From the NCBI GenBank assembly GCA_963770565.1, contig CAVYQE010000001.1, positions 1,152,001 through 1,216,000 of the forward strand: a DNA stretch of 64,000 nucleotides, in the 5' to 3' direction. This DNA is from an uncultured Actinomycetota bacterium (GTDB lineage Bacteria > Actinomycetota > Actinomycetes > JAFAQI01). The translations under genes and the position numbers were made by a program. Shown in pieces: positions 1 through 7,260 of the stretch. The notes beneath the pieces were generated by a model. The model did no database searches and was not told the DNA's origin. It saw only the letters and a list, made by a program, of their open reading frames with translations. The number at the start of each line of letters is the position of its first letter. Position 1 is the stretch's first letter.

Positions 1-1
1 C

Positions 2-760
2 AGCCATCGGCTGGCGTGGACGCAGAGCGTCACCCGCACCCGCTGGCTGGCGGTCAAGCTCGCTGTCGTCGGCGGTGCGACGCTGCTCACGGTCGGAGCG
101 CTCAGCCTGATGGTGACCTGGTGGAGCGCCCCGGTCGACCACGTCAACATGGACCGGTTCTCGGCCGAGATCTTCAGCGAACGAGGGCTCGCTCCAATCG
201 GGTACGCATTCTTCGGGTTCGCCCTCGGGGTAGCGCTGGGGATGCTAATCCGTCGCACGTTGCCGGCGATGGCCGCCACGCTGCTTGGTTTCTTCGTCGC
301 GCGCCAGGCGATCATCCATTGGGCCCGCCCACACCTGCTGCCCACCAAGACCGCGGCGCTGCCACTCGCGCGGGCACAGGACATCGAGTTCCACGTCGGC
401 CCGCTGAACACCGCGCAGATCGTCGTGAGCAATCCTCGGTTCCCGAATGTTCTGGTGGTGTCGAGCCATCTTGCCGACAAAGCCGGCCATGCGCCGTCAT
501 CGGCGACGTTGCAGCAATTCCTGTCCGCGAACTGCCCGAGCATGCTCGCCCCACCGCCACCAACCGGGCGGACGACCAGCAACCCCGCTGCGTTCCAAGC
601 CTGTGTCAACAAGCTCGCGACGCAGTTCCACGAGGCGGTCGCCTACATCCCGTCGAATCGCTACTGGGCGCTCCAAGGCGCGGAGACCGCTGCCTTCTTG
701 GCGACCGGTTTGCTCCTGATCGGCCTGTGCTTCTGGTGGATCCGGCACCGGATCAACTGA
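2..760 (+). CDS. ABC transporter permease (5'-truncated by window edge)
   Basis: Multiple TM segments; 'PIGYAFFGFALGVALGMLIRRTLPAMA' and C-terminal 'YIPSNRYWALQGAE' typical of actinobacterial ABC-2-type permeases. Confidence 0.75.
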   Translation, partial: SHRLAWTQSVTRTRWLAVKLAVVGGATLLTVGALSLMVTWWSAPVDHVNMDRFSAEIFSERGLAPIGYAFFGFALGVALGMLIRRTLPAMAATLLGFFVARQAIIHWARPHLLPTKTAALPLARAQDIEFHVGPLNTAQIVVSNPRFPNVLVVSSHLADKAGHAPSSATLQQFLSANCPSMLAPPPPTGRTTSNPAAFQACVNKLATQFHEAVAYIPSNRYWALQGAETAAFLATGLLLIGLCFWWIRHRIN

Positions 761-911
761 TCCGAGGTGGCTAGCGCGCCGATCCGAACGGCTCGAACAG
801 TTGACGGGCGAGCAGCGGCAATGGGCGGTTGCCGGCCTGTTCGACCGCGAGCGTCCGGCCGGCGGGCGACTTATACGTCTCTTGCTATAAGTAGCTAACG
901 ACGCTAGAAGC

Positions 912-2096
912 TCAGCCGAGTGACCTGAGGTCGGGAAGCCAGCGCTTCATGAAGCCGTCGAAGAGCGGGACGGTGAAGTCGATCTCGCCGTACCGGGGGG
1001 AGTAGCACAGCGCCTTGCGGATCAGCCCGTCCCTGGTCGGACCGAGCGCGGTGGTCTTCTTCTGCAGCAGGGCCGCGACCTCGCCCGAGCGAACCGGCCC
1101 CGGACCGAGCTCCGCCATCGCGCGCAGGTAGGCGCGCTCGGGGTCGCTCGTCCGGCCGGTACGGACCCGGAAGAACCCGTCGTCGAGCTCGGCGGTTGCG
1201 ACCGGGATGCTGCGCGCGACGTCGTCATCGGTGATCGTCTGCGGCCCGTCCGCGGCGTCCCAGGCTCGCTTGCCGAACTCCTGGAGGAAGTACGGGTAGC
1301 CCTCGGTGACACCCAGCACCCGGTCAAGGGCCGCCGGCTCCCAGCCGACGCCCTCGTCGGCGGCCGGTACGACGAGCGCCTCGCGGGCCTGCTCGGCCGG
1401 CAGTGACCCGATGACCGGGAAGGTGAACATCCGCTCGGCGTAGGACTTGGCCTCGCCGGTCAGGGTGGCCAGCGAGGGCAGGCCGGCTCCCGCGATCGTG
1501 ATCGGGAGCCGGAGCTGAGCAGCCCGGTGCAGGCCCATGACCAGTGCCTCGAGGGTCTGCAAGGCGACGTAGTGCAGCTCGTCGATGGTGATCAGGACGC
1601 CGGCGTCGTGGTCGCGAGCAAGCTCGCCGACCTCGACGAACAGCCCGGACAGGTCGGTTGCGAGATCGCCCGAGTCGGCCGGGCCGGACACCGAGTCGAC
1701 ATCGATGCTGAGCTCGGGACCGCCGGGCAGGCGGATGCTGAACGCCTTGAGTACCCCGAGTGCCCGGAGGATCCGCTCACCGATCCGCTTGCGCGCGTCC
1801 ATCGCGAGCAGGATCCTGCGGATCGCTGCGGCCAGCCGCGGGGCCAGGTCGCCGTCCTCGCCGACCTCGATGTGTTCGTGAAAATAGCCCCGGCCACCCG
1901 CGAGGTGCTCGAACTCGTTGAGCATCACGGTCTTGCCGACGCCGCGCAGCCCGGTGAGCATCTGGCTGCGCCCGTCTCGCCCGAGCCGGAGTCGCCGCAG
2001 CGCGATGTCCATCGCCTCGATCTCCCCGTCGCGGCCCACCAGGGCCGGCGGCCGGGTGCCGGCGCCAGGGCTGTAGGGGTTCAGGACCGGGTCCAT
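912..2096 (-). CDS. AAA-family ATP-binding protein with probable C-terminal wHTH
   Basis: N-terminal 'NPYSPGAG..PP.LVGR', Walker A GLRGVGKT, Walker B ITIDE, 'GYPYFLQ'. Confidence 0.85.
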   Translation of the reverse strand: MDPVLNPYSPGAGTRPPALVGRDGEIEAMDIALRRLRLGRDGRSQMLTGLRGVGKTVMLNEFEHLAGGRGYFHEHIEVGEDGDLAPRLAAAIRRILLAMDARKRIGERILRALGVLKAFSIRLPGGPELSIDVDSVSGPADSGDLATDLSGLFVEVGELARDHDAGVLITIDELHYVALQTLEALVMGLHRAAQLRLPITIAGAGLPSLATLTGEAKSYAERMFTFPVIGSLPAEQAREALVVPAADEGVGWEPAALDRVLGVTEGYPYFLQEFGKRAWDAADGPQTITDDDVARSIPVATAELDDGFFRVRTGRTSDPERAYLRAMAELGPGPVRSGEVAALLQKKTTALGPTRDGLIRKALCYSPRYGEIDFTVPLFDGFMKRWLPDLRSLG

Positions 2097-2102
2097 GGCG
2101 GC

Positions 2103-2108
2103 AGTATA
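2103..2108 (-). promoter_or_regulatory. -10 element (TATACT) for a leaderless transcript of the AAA ATPase
   Basis: TATACT on the minus strand, 6 nt upstream of the ATG at 2096; no SD. Confidence 0.5.
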
Positions 2109-2152
2109 CGAAGTTTAGAAAGATATAGCTAGTGCCCTATAACTACGCTCTA

Positions 2153-2746
2153 TCACTGCCCGGTGGACCCGGTTGCGGCCAGCGTGCGGGCGACCCGGCG
2201 ATCGGGCACGAGCCAGATCAGCGCGACCGTCACGTAGAGCACGATCGCGGCCCAGCGGTTGGCGAACGCCACCGGGATCGCCACCGTGTAGAGCACCGGA
2301 GAGATCTTGCCCTTGACGTCGCTTCCGACCGCGCTCGCAAGCTTCGAGTCCGGACCCTGAGTGCGAATGATCGCAGTCTGCAGGCCGAAGTAGGCCAGCG
2401 CCGCCGCCAGCAGGACGATGCCGTAGGCGACCACCGGGACGGTGGCGAAGTGGTTCTCGCCCATCCAGCCGGTGGTGAACGGCACCAGCGAGAGCCAGAA
2501 CAGCAGGTGCAGGTTCGCCCAGAGGACCAGCCCGCCGACCTGGTCGGCGGCCATCAGCATGTGATGGTGGTTGTTCCAGTAGATGCCGAGATAGATGAAG
2601 CTCAGTACGTAGGTGAGCAGGGCCGGCAACGTGTGGTGCAGGGCGCCCCAGGTCGTTCCGTGCGGGGTGTGCAGCTCCAGCACCATGACCGTGATCAGGA
2701 TCGCGATCACACCGTCGCTGAAGGCCTCCATCCGGCTGGTCGGCAT
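2153..2746 (-). CDS. TMEM175-family (DUF1211) potassium channel
   Basis: 'RMEAFSDGVIAILITVMVLEL' FSD motif and 'YWNNHHH'. Confidence 0.9.
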   Translation of the reverse strand: MPTSRMEAFSDGVIAILITVMVLELHTPHGTTWGALHHTLPALLTYVLSFIYLGIYWNNHHHMLMAADQVGGLVLWANLHLLFWLSLVPFTTGWMGENHFATVPVVAYGIVLLAAALAYFGLQTAIIRTQGPDSKLASAVGSDVKGKISPVLYTVAIPVAFANRWAAIVLYVTVALIWLVPDRRVARTLAATGSTGQ

Positions 2747-2799
2747 GCTGAAACGTTAGTGGGGCACCACAATGGCGAGACCAGGGCGGGCTCGGGTCG

Positions 2800-3603
2800 T
2801 TGAGGGAGAAACCGGTGGGTGAGTATCCGACCTCGTTGGGCGTCTCCGATCCGACGACGATCCGCCTGCTCAACCATGACCTCGCGAGCGAGGTGATGGG
2901 CAACGTCGGGTTCGGCGAGCTGACCTTCTGGCTGATCGCACGCCGACGGCCGACCCCGCAACAGACCCGGGTGTTCGAGGCGGTGCTGGCGGCGTTGGCA
3001 GACCACGGCTTCACCCCGACCGCGATTGCGGCTCGGCTCACCTACCTCAGTGCACCGGACGCGTTGCAGGGCGCCCTTGCCGCGGGGTTGCTCGGTGGCG
3101 GTTCGCGGTTCCTCGGCGTGACCGAGGACACCGGGCGATTCCTCGCCGCCGCTTTGGCCGGAGTTGATGGTGCGTTGCCGAGCGACGATGCAGGTTGGGA
3201 CGAGCTGGCGCGACGCGCGCTGGTCGAGGCCAAGGAGTCCGGACATCACATCCCGGGACTCGGTCATCCGGTGCACAAGGAGATCGACCCGCGCACTCCG
3301 CGGCTCATCGAGATCGCGCACGAGGAATCGACGTACGGGCCTCATCTCGCGTTGTTCGAGGCGATCGGTCGGGTGCACCCCGCCGTGCTCGGACGGCCGC
3401 TGTCGATGAACGGTGCGGGCGTGTGCGGGGCGGCACTCGCCGACCTCGGCCTCCCGGTCGACCTGCTTCGCGGTGTGGCGTTGATCGCGCGCGCCGCGGG
3501 CTTGGTCGGCCAACTCGCCGAGGAACGCGAGCATCCCGCGGCGATGCAGATGTACATGGAGATCGACCACAGTGCTGTCGAGGTCCCGATCGAGCAGTCG
3601 TAA
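2800..3603 (+). CDS. Citryl-CoA lyase / citrate synthase-like protein
   Basis: 'DHGFTPT', 'IPGLGHPVHKEIDPR', 'ARAAGLVG' citrate synthase fold motifs. Confidence 0.8.
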   Translation: MREKPVGEYPTSLGVSDPTTIRLLNHDLASEVMGNVGFGELTFWLIARRRPTPQQTRVFEAVLAALADHGFTPTAIAARLTYLSAPDALQGALAAGLLGGGSRFLGVTEDTGRFLAAALAGVDGALPSDDAGWDELARRALVEAKESGHHIPGLGHPVHKEIDPRTPRLIEIAHEESTYGPHLALFEAIGRVHPAVLGRPLSMNGAGVCGAALADLGLPVDLLRGVALIARAAGLVGQLAEEREHPAAMQMYMEIDHSAVEVPIEQS

Positions 3604-3678
3604 CCCGACGCGCCCGGACGCGAACGGCCGCGGGCTGACCGACAGGCATGCGGCGCAGTGGCGGGGGAGGATCTAACG

Positions 3679-3963
3679 ATGAGTGAAGCGTGGGCGGCAG
3701 TGGTGGTGGACGATGACCGCGTTCGAGTCACGAGGTGGACCTTCTCCGGCGGCGCCACCACGGGTGAGCACCGGCACGAGTTCGACTACGTCGTTGTGCC
3801 GATAACCGGCGGCTCGTTCACGGTTACGGCTGCCGACGGGTCGGTTCGCGAGATGGTGCAGACGGCCGGAGTCGCGTACCTCGGTAGGGCCGGCACTGAG
3901 CACGAAGTTGCCAACGCCGCGTCGGTGGAGACGGTCTTCGTCGAGATCGAACTGAAGAGTTAG
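3679..3963 (+). CDS. Small cupin-domain protein
   Basis: 'TGEHRHEFDYVVVP...G.EHEVAN...FVEIELK'; SD GGAGG before ATG 3679. Confidence 0.8.
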   Translation: MSEAWAAVVVDDDRVRVTRWTFSGGATTGEHRHEFDYVVVPITGGSFTVTAADGSVREMVQTAGVAYLGRAGTEHEVANAASVETVFVEIELKS

Positions 3964-4021
3964 CGACGGTCAACAGATAAATGCCGGACGAATTCGCGGC
4001 ACTTCGAGGATCATCGTTGCA

Positions 4022-5209
4022 GTGACACGGACCAAGCGGGGCCCACGCCACGAGTCGAAGCGACTCATCTCGTGGGCATCGATCATCGAGCCGAACACAC
4101 TCGAGCAGGCGCGGACCGCGTCCCAGATGCCGTTCATCTACCCGCACCTCGCCTTGATGCCCGACGCCCATCTCGGCAAGGGGGCGACTGTCGGCTCGGT
4201 GATTCCGACCCTCGGCGCGATCATCCCGGCGGCCGTCGGGGTCGACATCGGCTGCGGCATGATTGCCGTGCGCACCCAGTTCGAGCGGGCAGACTTCGGC
4301 GGCCGGTCGCTCGCCGAGCTTCGCGAGTCGATCGAGCGCGCGATTCCGCTTTCCGCCGGCAAGTACAACTCGGCGCTGACCGAGACCGCGACCGCTCGAT
4401 GCGACGACGACTTGGCGACGATGGACGGTGCGGAGACTGCGCAGCGCCTCGCCCCCAACTGGCGCCTTCAGCTCGGCACGCTCGGGTCGGGCAATCACTT
4501 CATCGAGGTGACCGTCGATGAGAACGACGCGATCTGGCTGTTCCTCCACTCCGGGTCGCGCGGGGTGGGCAACAAGATGGCGCAGCATCACATCCAGCGC
4601 GCGCAGCAGCTGTGCAAGCAGTGGTGGATCCAGCTGCCTGATCCCGACCTGGCCTACCTGGTCGAGGGCACCGAGGACTTCTGGGCCTACATCCGCGACC
4701 TGCGGTGGGCGCAGCATTTCGCGCTGCTCAATCGCGAGGAGATGATGGACCGCGTTGTCGGGTGCGTGACCCAGTGGATCGGTACGCCGGTGGTCGAGCA
4801 GGAGCGGATCAACTGCCACCACAACTTCACGCAGCAGGAGGAGCACTTCGGCAAGCAGGTCTGGCTCTCGCGCAAGGGCGCGATCGAGGCCACGGTCAGC
4901 AAGCCGGGCCTGATCCCCGGATCGATGGGGACGGCGTCGTACGTCGTGGTCGGCAAGGGCAACGCGCTGTCGCTCAACTCCTCGCCGCACGGCGCGGGGC
5001 GCAACTACTCCCGCTCGGCGGCCCGCAAGGCGTTCACCGCGGAGCAGCTTCGCGAGGCGATGGACGGCATCGAGTATCGCGACTCGGACGCGTTCATCGA
5101 CGAGATCCCGCAGGCGTACAAGGACATCGATGAGGTCATGGCCGATGCCGCCGACCTGGTCGAGGTCCGGCACGTGCTGCGCCAGATCGTCAACGTCAAG
5201 GGCGACTGA
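4022..5209 (+). CDS. rtcB: RtcB RNA 3'-phosphate/5'-OH ligase
   Basis: 'MPDAHLGKG', 'VGVDIGCG', 'GSGNHFIE', 'HSGSRG', 'CHHN', 'HGAGR', 'DEIP.AYKDI', C-terminal 'VKG'. Confidence 0.95.
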   Translation: MTRTKRGPRHESKRLISWASIIEPNTLEQARTASQMPFIYPHLALMPDAHLGKGATVGSVIPTLGAIIPAAVGVDIGCGMIAVRTQFERADFGGRSLAELRESIERAIPLSAGKYNSALTETATARCDDDLATMDGAETAQRLAPNWRLQLGTLGSGNHFIEVTVDENDAIWLFLHSGSRGVGNKMAQHHIQRAQQLCKQWWIQLPDPDLAYLVEGTEDFWAYIRDLRWAQHFALLNREEMMDRVVGCVTQWIGTPVVEQERINCHHNFTQQEEHFGKQVWLSRKGAIEATVSKPGLIPGSMGTASYVVVGKGNALSLNSSPHGAGRNYSRSAARKAFTAEQLREAMDGIEYRDSDAFIDEIPQAYKDIDEVMADAADLVEVRHVLRQIVNVKGD

Positions 5210-5235
5210 TTCGGCGGATTCACCCGGTAAATGCA

Positions 5236-5264
5236 TTGACGCACAACGCCTTTGGCCTCACTCT
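5236..5264 (+). promoter_or_regulatory. Putative sigma-A promoter of the tRNA array
   Basis: TTGACG-N17-CACTCT, 7 nt upstream of GTG 5272. Confidence 0.45.
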
Positions 5265-5271
5265 CGACCAC

Positions 5272-5382
5272 GTGCCTGAAACCAGAAGCAATGAATGCGG
5301 TCGCCGACGGCAACCGCATGTGGTGCCGGCGCACCGCGCGTTCGTCGCGCGATCTGACGAGAAGTCGACTCGACTTCGTTAG
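5272..5382 (+). CDS. Putative leaderless leader peptide (36 aa) of the tRNA array
   Basis: GTG at the predicted TSS; MPETRSNECGRRRQPHVVPAHRAFVARSDEKSTRLR*; overlaps two hairpins. Confidence 0.25.
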   Translation: MPETRSNECGRRRQPHVVPAHRAFVARSDEKSTRLR

Positions 5383-5414
5383 CTCGCGCAGCGGCGTGTG
5401 ATGCGCCGGCGCGA

Positions 5415-5487
5415 GCGGTGGTCGTCCAACCGGCCAGGATTCCCGGTTCCAACCCGGGCGATGAGGGTTCGAACCCTTCCCACCGTG
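5415..5487 (+). tRNA. tRNA-Trp(CCA), atypical
   Basis: Acceptor GCGGTGG/CCACCGT, G73; anticodon arm CCCGG-TTCCAAC-CCGGG; T arm GAGGG-TTCGAAC-CCTTC. Confidence 0.8.
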
Positions 5488-5493
5488 CGGTCG

Positions 5494-5550
5494 CGTGCCC
5501 GAAAGCGGGCGCGGGTCTAGTGAACCTTGAGAACTCCACAGTGGTGCCAA
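5494..5550 (+). promoter_or_regulatory. rrn-type boxB hairpin + boxA-like antitermination element
   Basis: Hairpin CGTGCCCG-AAAG-CGGGCGCG followed by CCTTGAGAACTCCACAGTGGTGCC, resembling the actinobacterial rRNA leader motif TTGAGAACTCAAYAG. Confidence 0.55.
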
Positions 5551-5588
5551 CGAAAGACGATGCGTCGCCGGTGCGCCGGCGGCGCCTA

Positions 5589-5659
5589 CTGGACGTGGTG
5601 TAGCGGGAGCACGCGTGGTTCGGGTCTACGCGGTGGAGGTTCGACTCCTCCCGTCTGGA
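5589..5659 (+). tRNA. tRNA-Pro(CGG)
   Basis: Acceptor CTGGACG/CGTCTGG, A73; anticodon arm CGTGG-TTCGGGT-CTACG; T arm GGAGG-TTCGACT-CCTCC. Confidence 0.85.
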
Positions 5660-5671
5660 CGTTTTCGCACA

Positions 5672-5742
5672 GTGGACGTGGTGTAGGGGCAACATGCCTG
5701 GCTTCCACCCAGGCGTCGTGGGTTCGATCCCCACCGTCCGCA
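5672..5742 (+). tRNA. tRNA-Gly(TCC)
   Basis: Acceptor GTGGACG/CGTCCGC; anticodon arm CCTGG-CTTCCAC-CCAGG; discriminator A (bacterial Gly usually U). Confidence 0.85.
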
Positions 5743-5765
5743 CGGTGCAGCGATGCTGCACTTAG

Positions 5766-5839
5766 GCCGCTCTAGCCCAATTGGTAGAGGTCCGCGGCTC
5801 AGACCCGCGACGGTGAGGGTTCGACTCCCTCGGGCGGCA
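5766..5839 (+). tRNA. tRNA-Leu(CAG) with short variable loop
   Basis: Acceptor GCCGCTC/GGGCGGC, A73; Leu-like D loop; anticodon arm CGCGG-CTCAGAC-CCGCG; only 5-nt variable region. Confidence 0.8.
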
Positions 5840-5860
5840 CTGCATCGCAGGATGCGCAAT

Positions 5861-5931
5861 TCCGGGATGGTCCAACGGAAGGACGCGGGGCTCTGAACCC
5901 CGAGATCGAGGTTCGAGTCCTTGCCCCGGAG
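5861..5931 (+). tRNA. tRNA-Gln(CTG)
   Basis: U1-A72, G73; anticodon arm CGGGG-CTCTGAA-CCCCG; A7-C66 mismatch. Confidence 0.85.
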
Positions 5932-5941
5932 CTCAGTTCAG

Positions 5942-6014
5942 ACCGCGTGAGCATGTCGGGTCATGCACCGGACTCTTACTCCGGGGAACACGGGTTCAAG
6001 TCCCTGACGCGGTA
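5942..6014 (+). tRNA. tRNA-Lys(CTT), atypical
   Basis: Acceptor ACCGCGT/ACGCGGT; D stem GCATG/CATGC; anticodon arm CCGGA-CTCTTAC-TCCGG; G at position 8 and bulged T stem. Confidence 0.65.
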
Positions 6015-6020
6015 CGACGA

Positions 6021-6091
6021 TCCGATGTCGCTCAACGGGAGAGCGCCTGATTGTTACTCAGGAGATCGGGGTTCGAGTCCCTGCATCGGAG
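6021..6091 (+). tRNA. tRNA-Asn(GTT)
   Basis: Acceptor TCCGATG/CATCGGA, G73; anticodon arm CCTGA-TTGTTAC-TCAGG. Confidence 0.85.
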
Positions 6092-6102
6092 CTGTCAATC
6101 CA

Positions 6103-6174
6103 ACCTCCGTGGCTCAACGGATACAGCACCGGCCTACGAAGCCGGGGACGCAGGTTCGACTCCTGCCGGGGGTA
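6103..6174 (+). tRNA. tRNA-Arg(ACG)
   Basis: Acceptor ACCTCCG/CGGGGGT; anticodon arm CCGGC-CTACGAA-GCCGG; T arm GCAGG-TTCGACT-CCTGC. Confidence 0.88.
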
Positions 6175-6175
6175 C

Positions 6176-6250
6176 GGTGGCTGTCGTCCAACGGCAGGGC
6201 GCCGGGTCGTGATCCCGGTGACGTCGGTTCGACTCCGACCAGTCACCCCA
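6176..6250 (+). tRNA. tRNA-His(GTG)
   Basis: G-1:C73 pair, acceptor GTGGCTG/CAGTCAC, encoded CCA; anticodon arm CCGGG-TCGTGAT-CCCGG (C33). Confidence 0.85.
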
Positions 6251-6255
6251 ACCAA

Positions 6256-6321
6256 CGCTGGCGCGGGCGCCGACGAGGTCTCATGAGCCGGGTTCGCGTG
6301 GTTCGACTCCACGGCCAGCGA
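6256..6321 (+). tRNA. Degenerate tRNA-Met/Ile2(CAT)-like, D arm reduced
   Basis: Perfect acceptor CGCTGGC/GCCAGCG and T arm CGTGG-TTCGACT-CCACG; loop CTCATGA closed by only about 3 bp; 66 nt. Confidence 0.5.
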
Positions 6322-6332
6322 CGCACGGTCAA

Positions 6333-6405
6333 GTCTCTGTAGCTCAGCGGAAAGAGCGCCGCCTTCCGAAGGCGGGTGTCGCAGGTTCGAGTCCTGCCGG
6401 GGACA
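6333..6405 (+). tRNA. tRNA-Arg(CCG)
   Basis: Acceptor GTCTCTG/CGGGGAC; D arm TAGCTCAGCGGAAAGAGC; anticodon arm CCGCC-TTCCGAA-GGCGG. Confidence 0.9.
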
Positions 6406-6428
6406 CGGGCCCCCGCGGCGCGGGCGGC

Positions 6429-7127
6429 TTACGGGTCGATCGCCGATGACACCAACGTCGTGGCCTGTTCATGGTGCTGCTCCGGCTTCGGTGTCGGTCG
6501 TGGCCCGACCGCGGCCGCCAGGAGCGAAGCGTTCGGGACAGAGAGCGGCCGCCCTTCGGTGATCAGCGTCACGTAGGTCATCCCGATGCCGGCAACAGTG
6601 CCTTCGATCGGGCCGCCGAGCGATCCGCTGCGGATCTGAATCGCGTCCCCGACCCGAAACGGCCGGGCCAGCAGGAGGACGACGCCGGCGAAGATGTTGC
6701 CGAGCGACTGTTGTGCGGCGATTCCGACGATCACCCCGGTGATTGCGCCGCCCAGCAGCAGGTTTCTGATCGGTACGTCGAAAATGCTGAGCGTCGTGAC
6801 CAGCACGATGAGGTAGCCGAAGACGGCGACCAGCCAGCGCATCGCACCTGCATGGCTCGGTCCGATCCGGCTGCCGATGACAAGCGAGGCCTGACCCGCG
6901 ATTGCCCGAACCGCGATTAGGGCGCTGATCACGAACGTCAACCCGCCGAGGCCGGCGATCAGCTGTTGACGTGACGAACCATGGACGTTGCCGAGCGCAC
7001 CACAGGCAACCAGCGCGAGCACTGCAACAGTCACCATGCAGGTGGCAAGACGCAGGTGTGGGCGCATTTCAGCGGGAGATCGGGGCAACACGAACCGGCC
7101 GCGCGCGCCGCGGAAGGTCAATCGCAC
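6429..7127 (-). CDS. mscS: Small-conductance mechanosensitive channel (MscS family)
   Basis: 'GAITGVIVGIAAQQSLGNIFAGVVLLLARPFRVGD...VPNA'; start uncertain. Confidence 0.85.
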   Translation of the reverse strand: MRLTFRGARGRFVLPRSPAEMRPHLRLATCMVTVAVLALVACGALGNVHGSSRQQLIAGLGGLTFVISALIAVRAIAGQASLVIGSRIGPSHAGAMRWLVAVFGYLIVLVTTLSIFDVPIRNLLLGGAITGVIVGIAAQQSLGNIFAGVVLLLARPFRVGDAIQIRSGSLGGPIEGTVAGIGMTYVTLITEGRPLSVPNASLLAAAVGPRPTPKPEQHHEQATTLVSSAIDP

Positions 7128-7137
7128 TCATTTACTC

Positions 7138-7164
7138 GTACCCGCTCGATGCCCGTCATCAACC
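7138..7164 (-). promoter_or_regulatory. Possible SigB/SigF-type promoter of mscS
   Basis: GGTTG-N16-GGGTAC on the minus strand. Confidence 0.35.
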
Positions 7165-7260
7165 TCGCATGCGCCGGCCGATTTCACCGGTTGAGTTGGA
7201 GCTTCGCGGGGAAACACCACACCGAATCAACCGCCCCGGCCCTCGACAAGGTGGTGTGCA

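Noticed and set aside
5766-5839. Reading the CTCAGAC loop as a TCA (Sec/opal suppressor) anticodon
   Set aside because: The 5-bp stem places CAG at positions 34-36; D loop and A73 are Leu-like
5258-6342. ORFs overlapping the tRNA array (5258-5761 minus, 5947-6342 plus and others)
   Set aside because: Spurious translations of tRNA genes; no protein motifs
5400-6410. CRISPR array (recurring GGTTCGA at regular spacing)
   Set aside because: The recurring motif is the tRNA T loop; no identical repeats or cas genes
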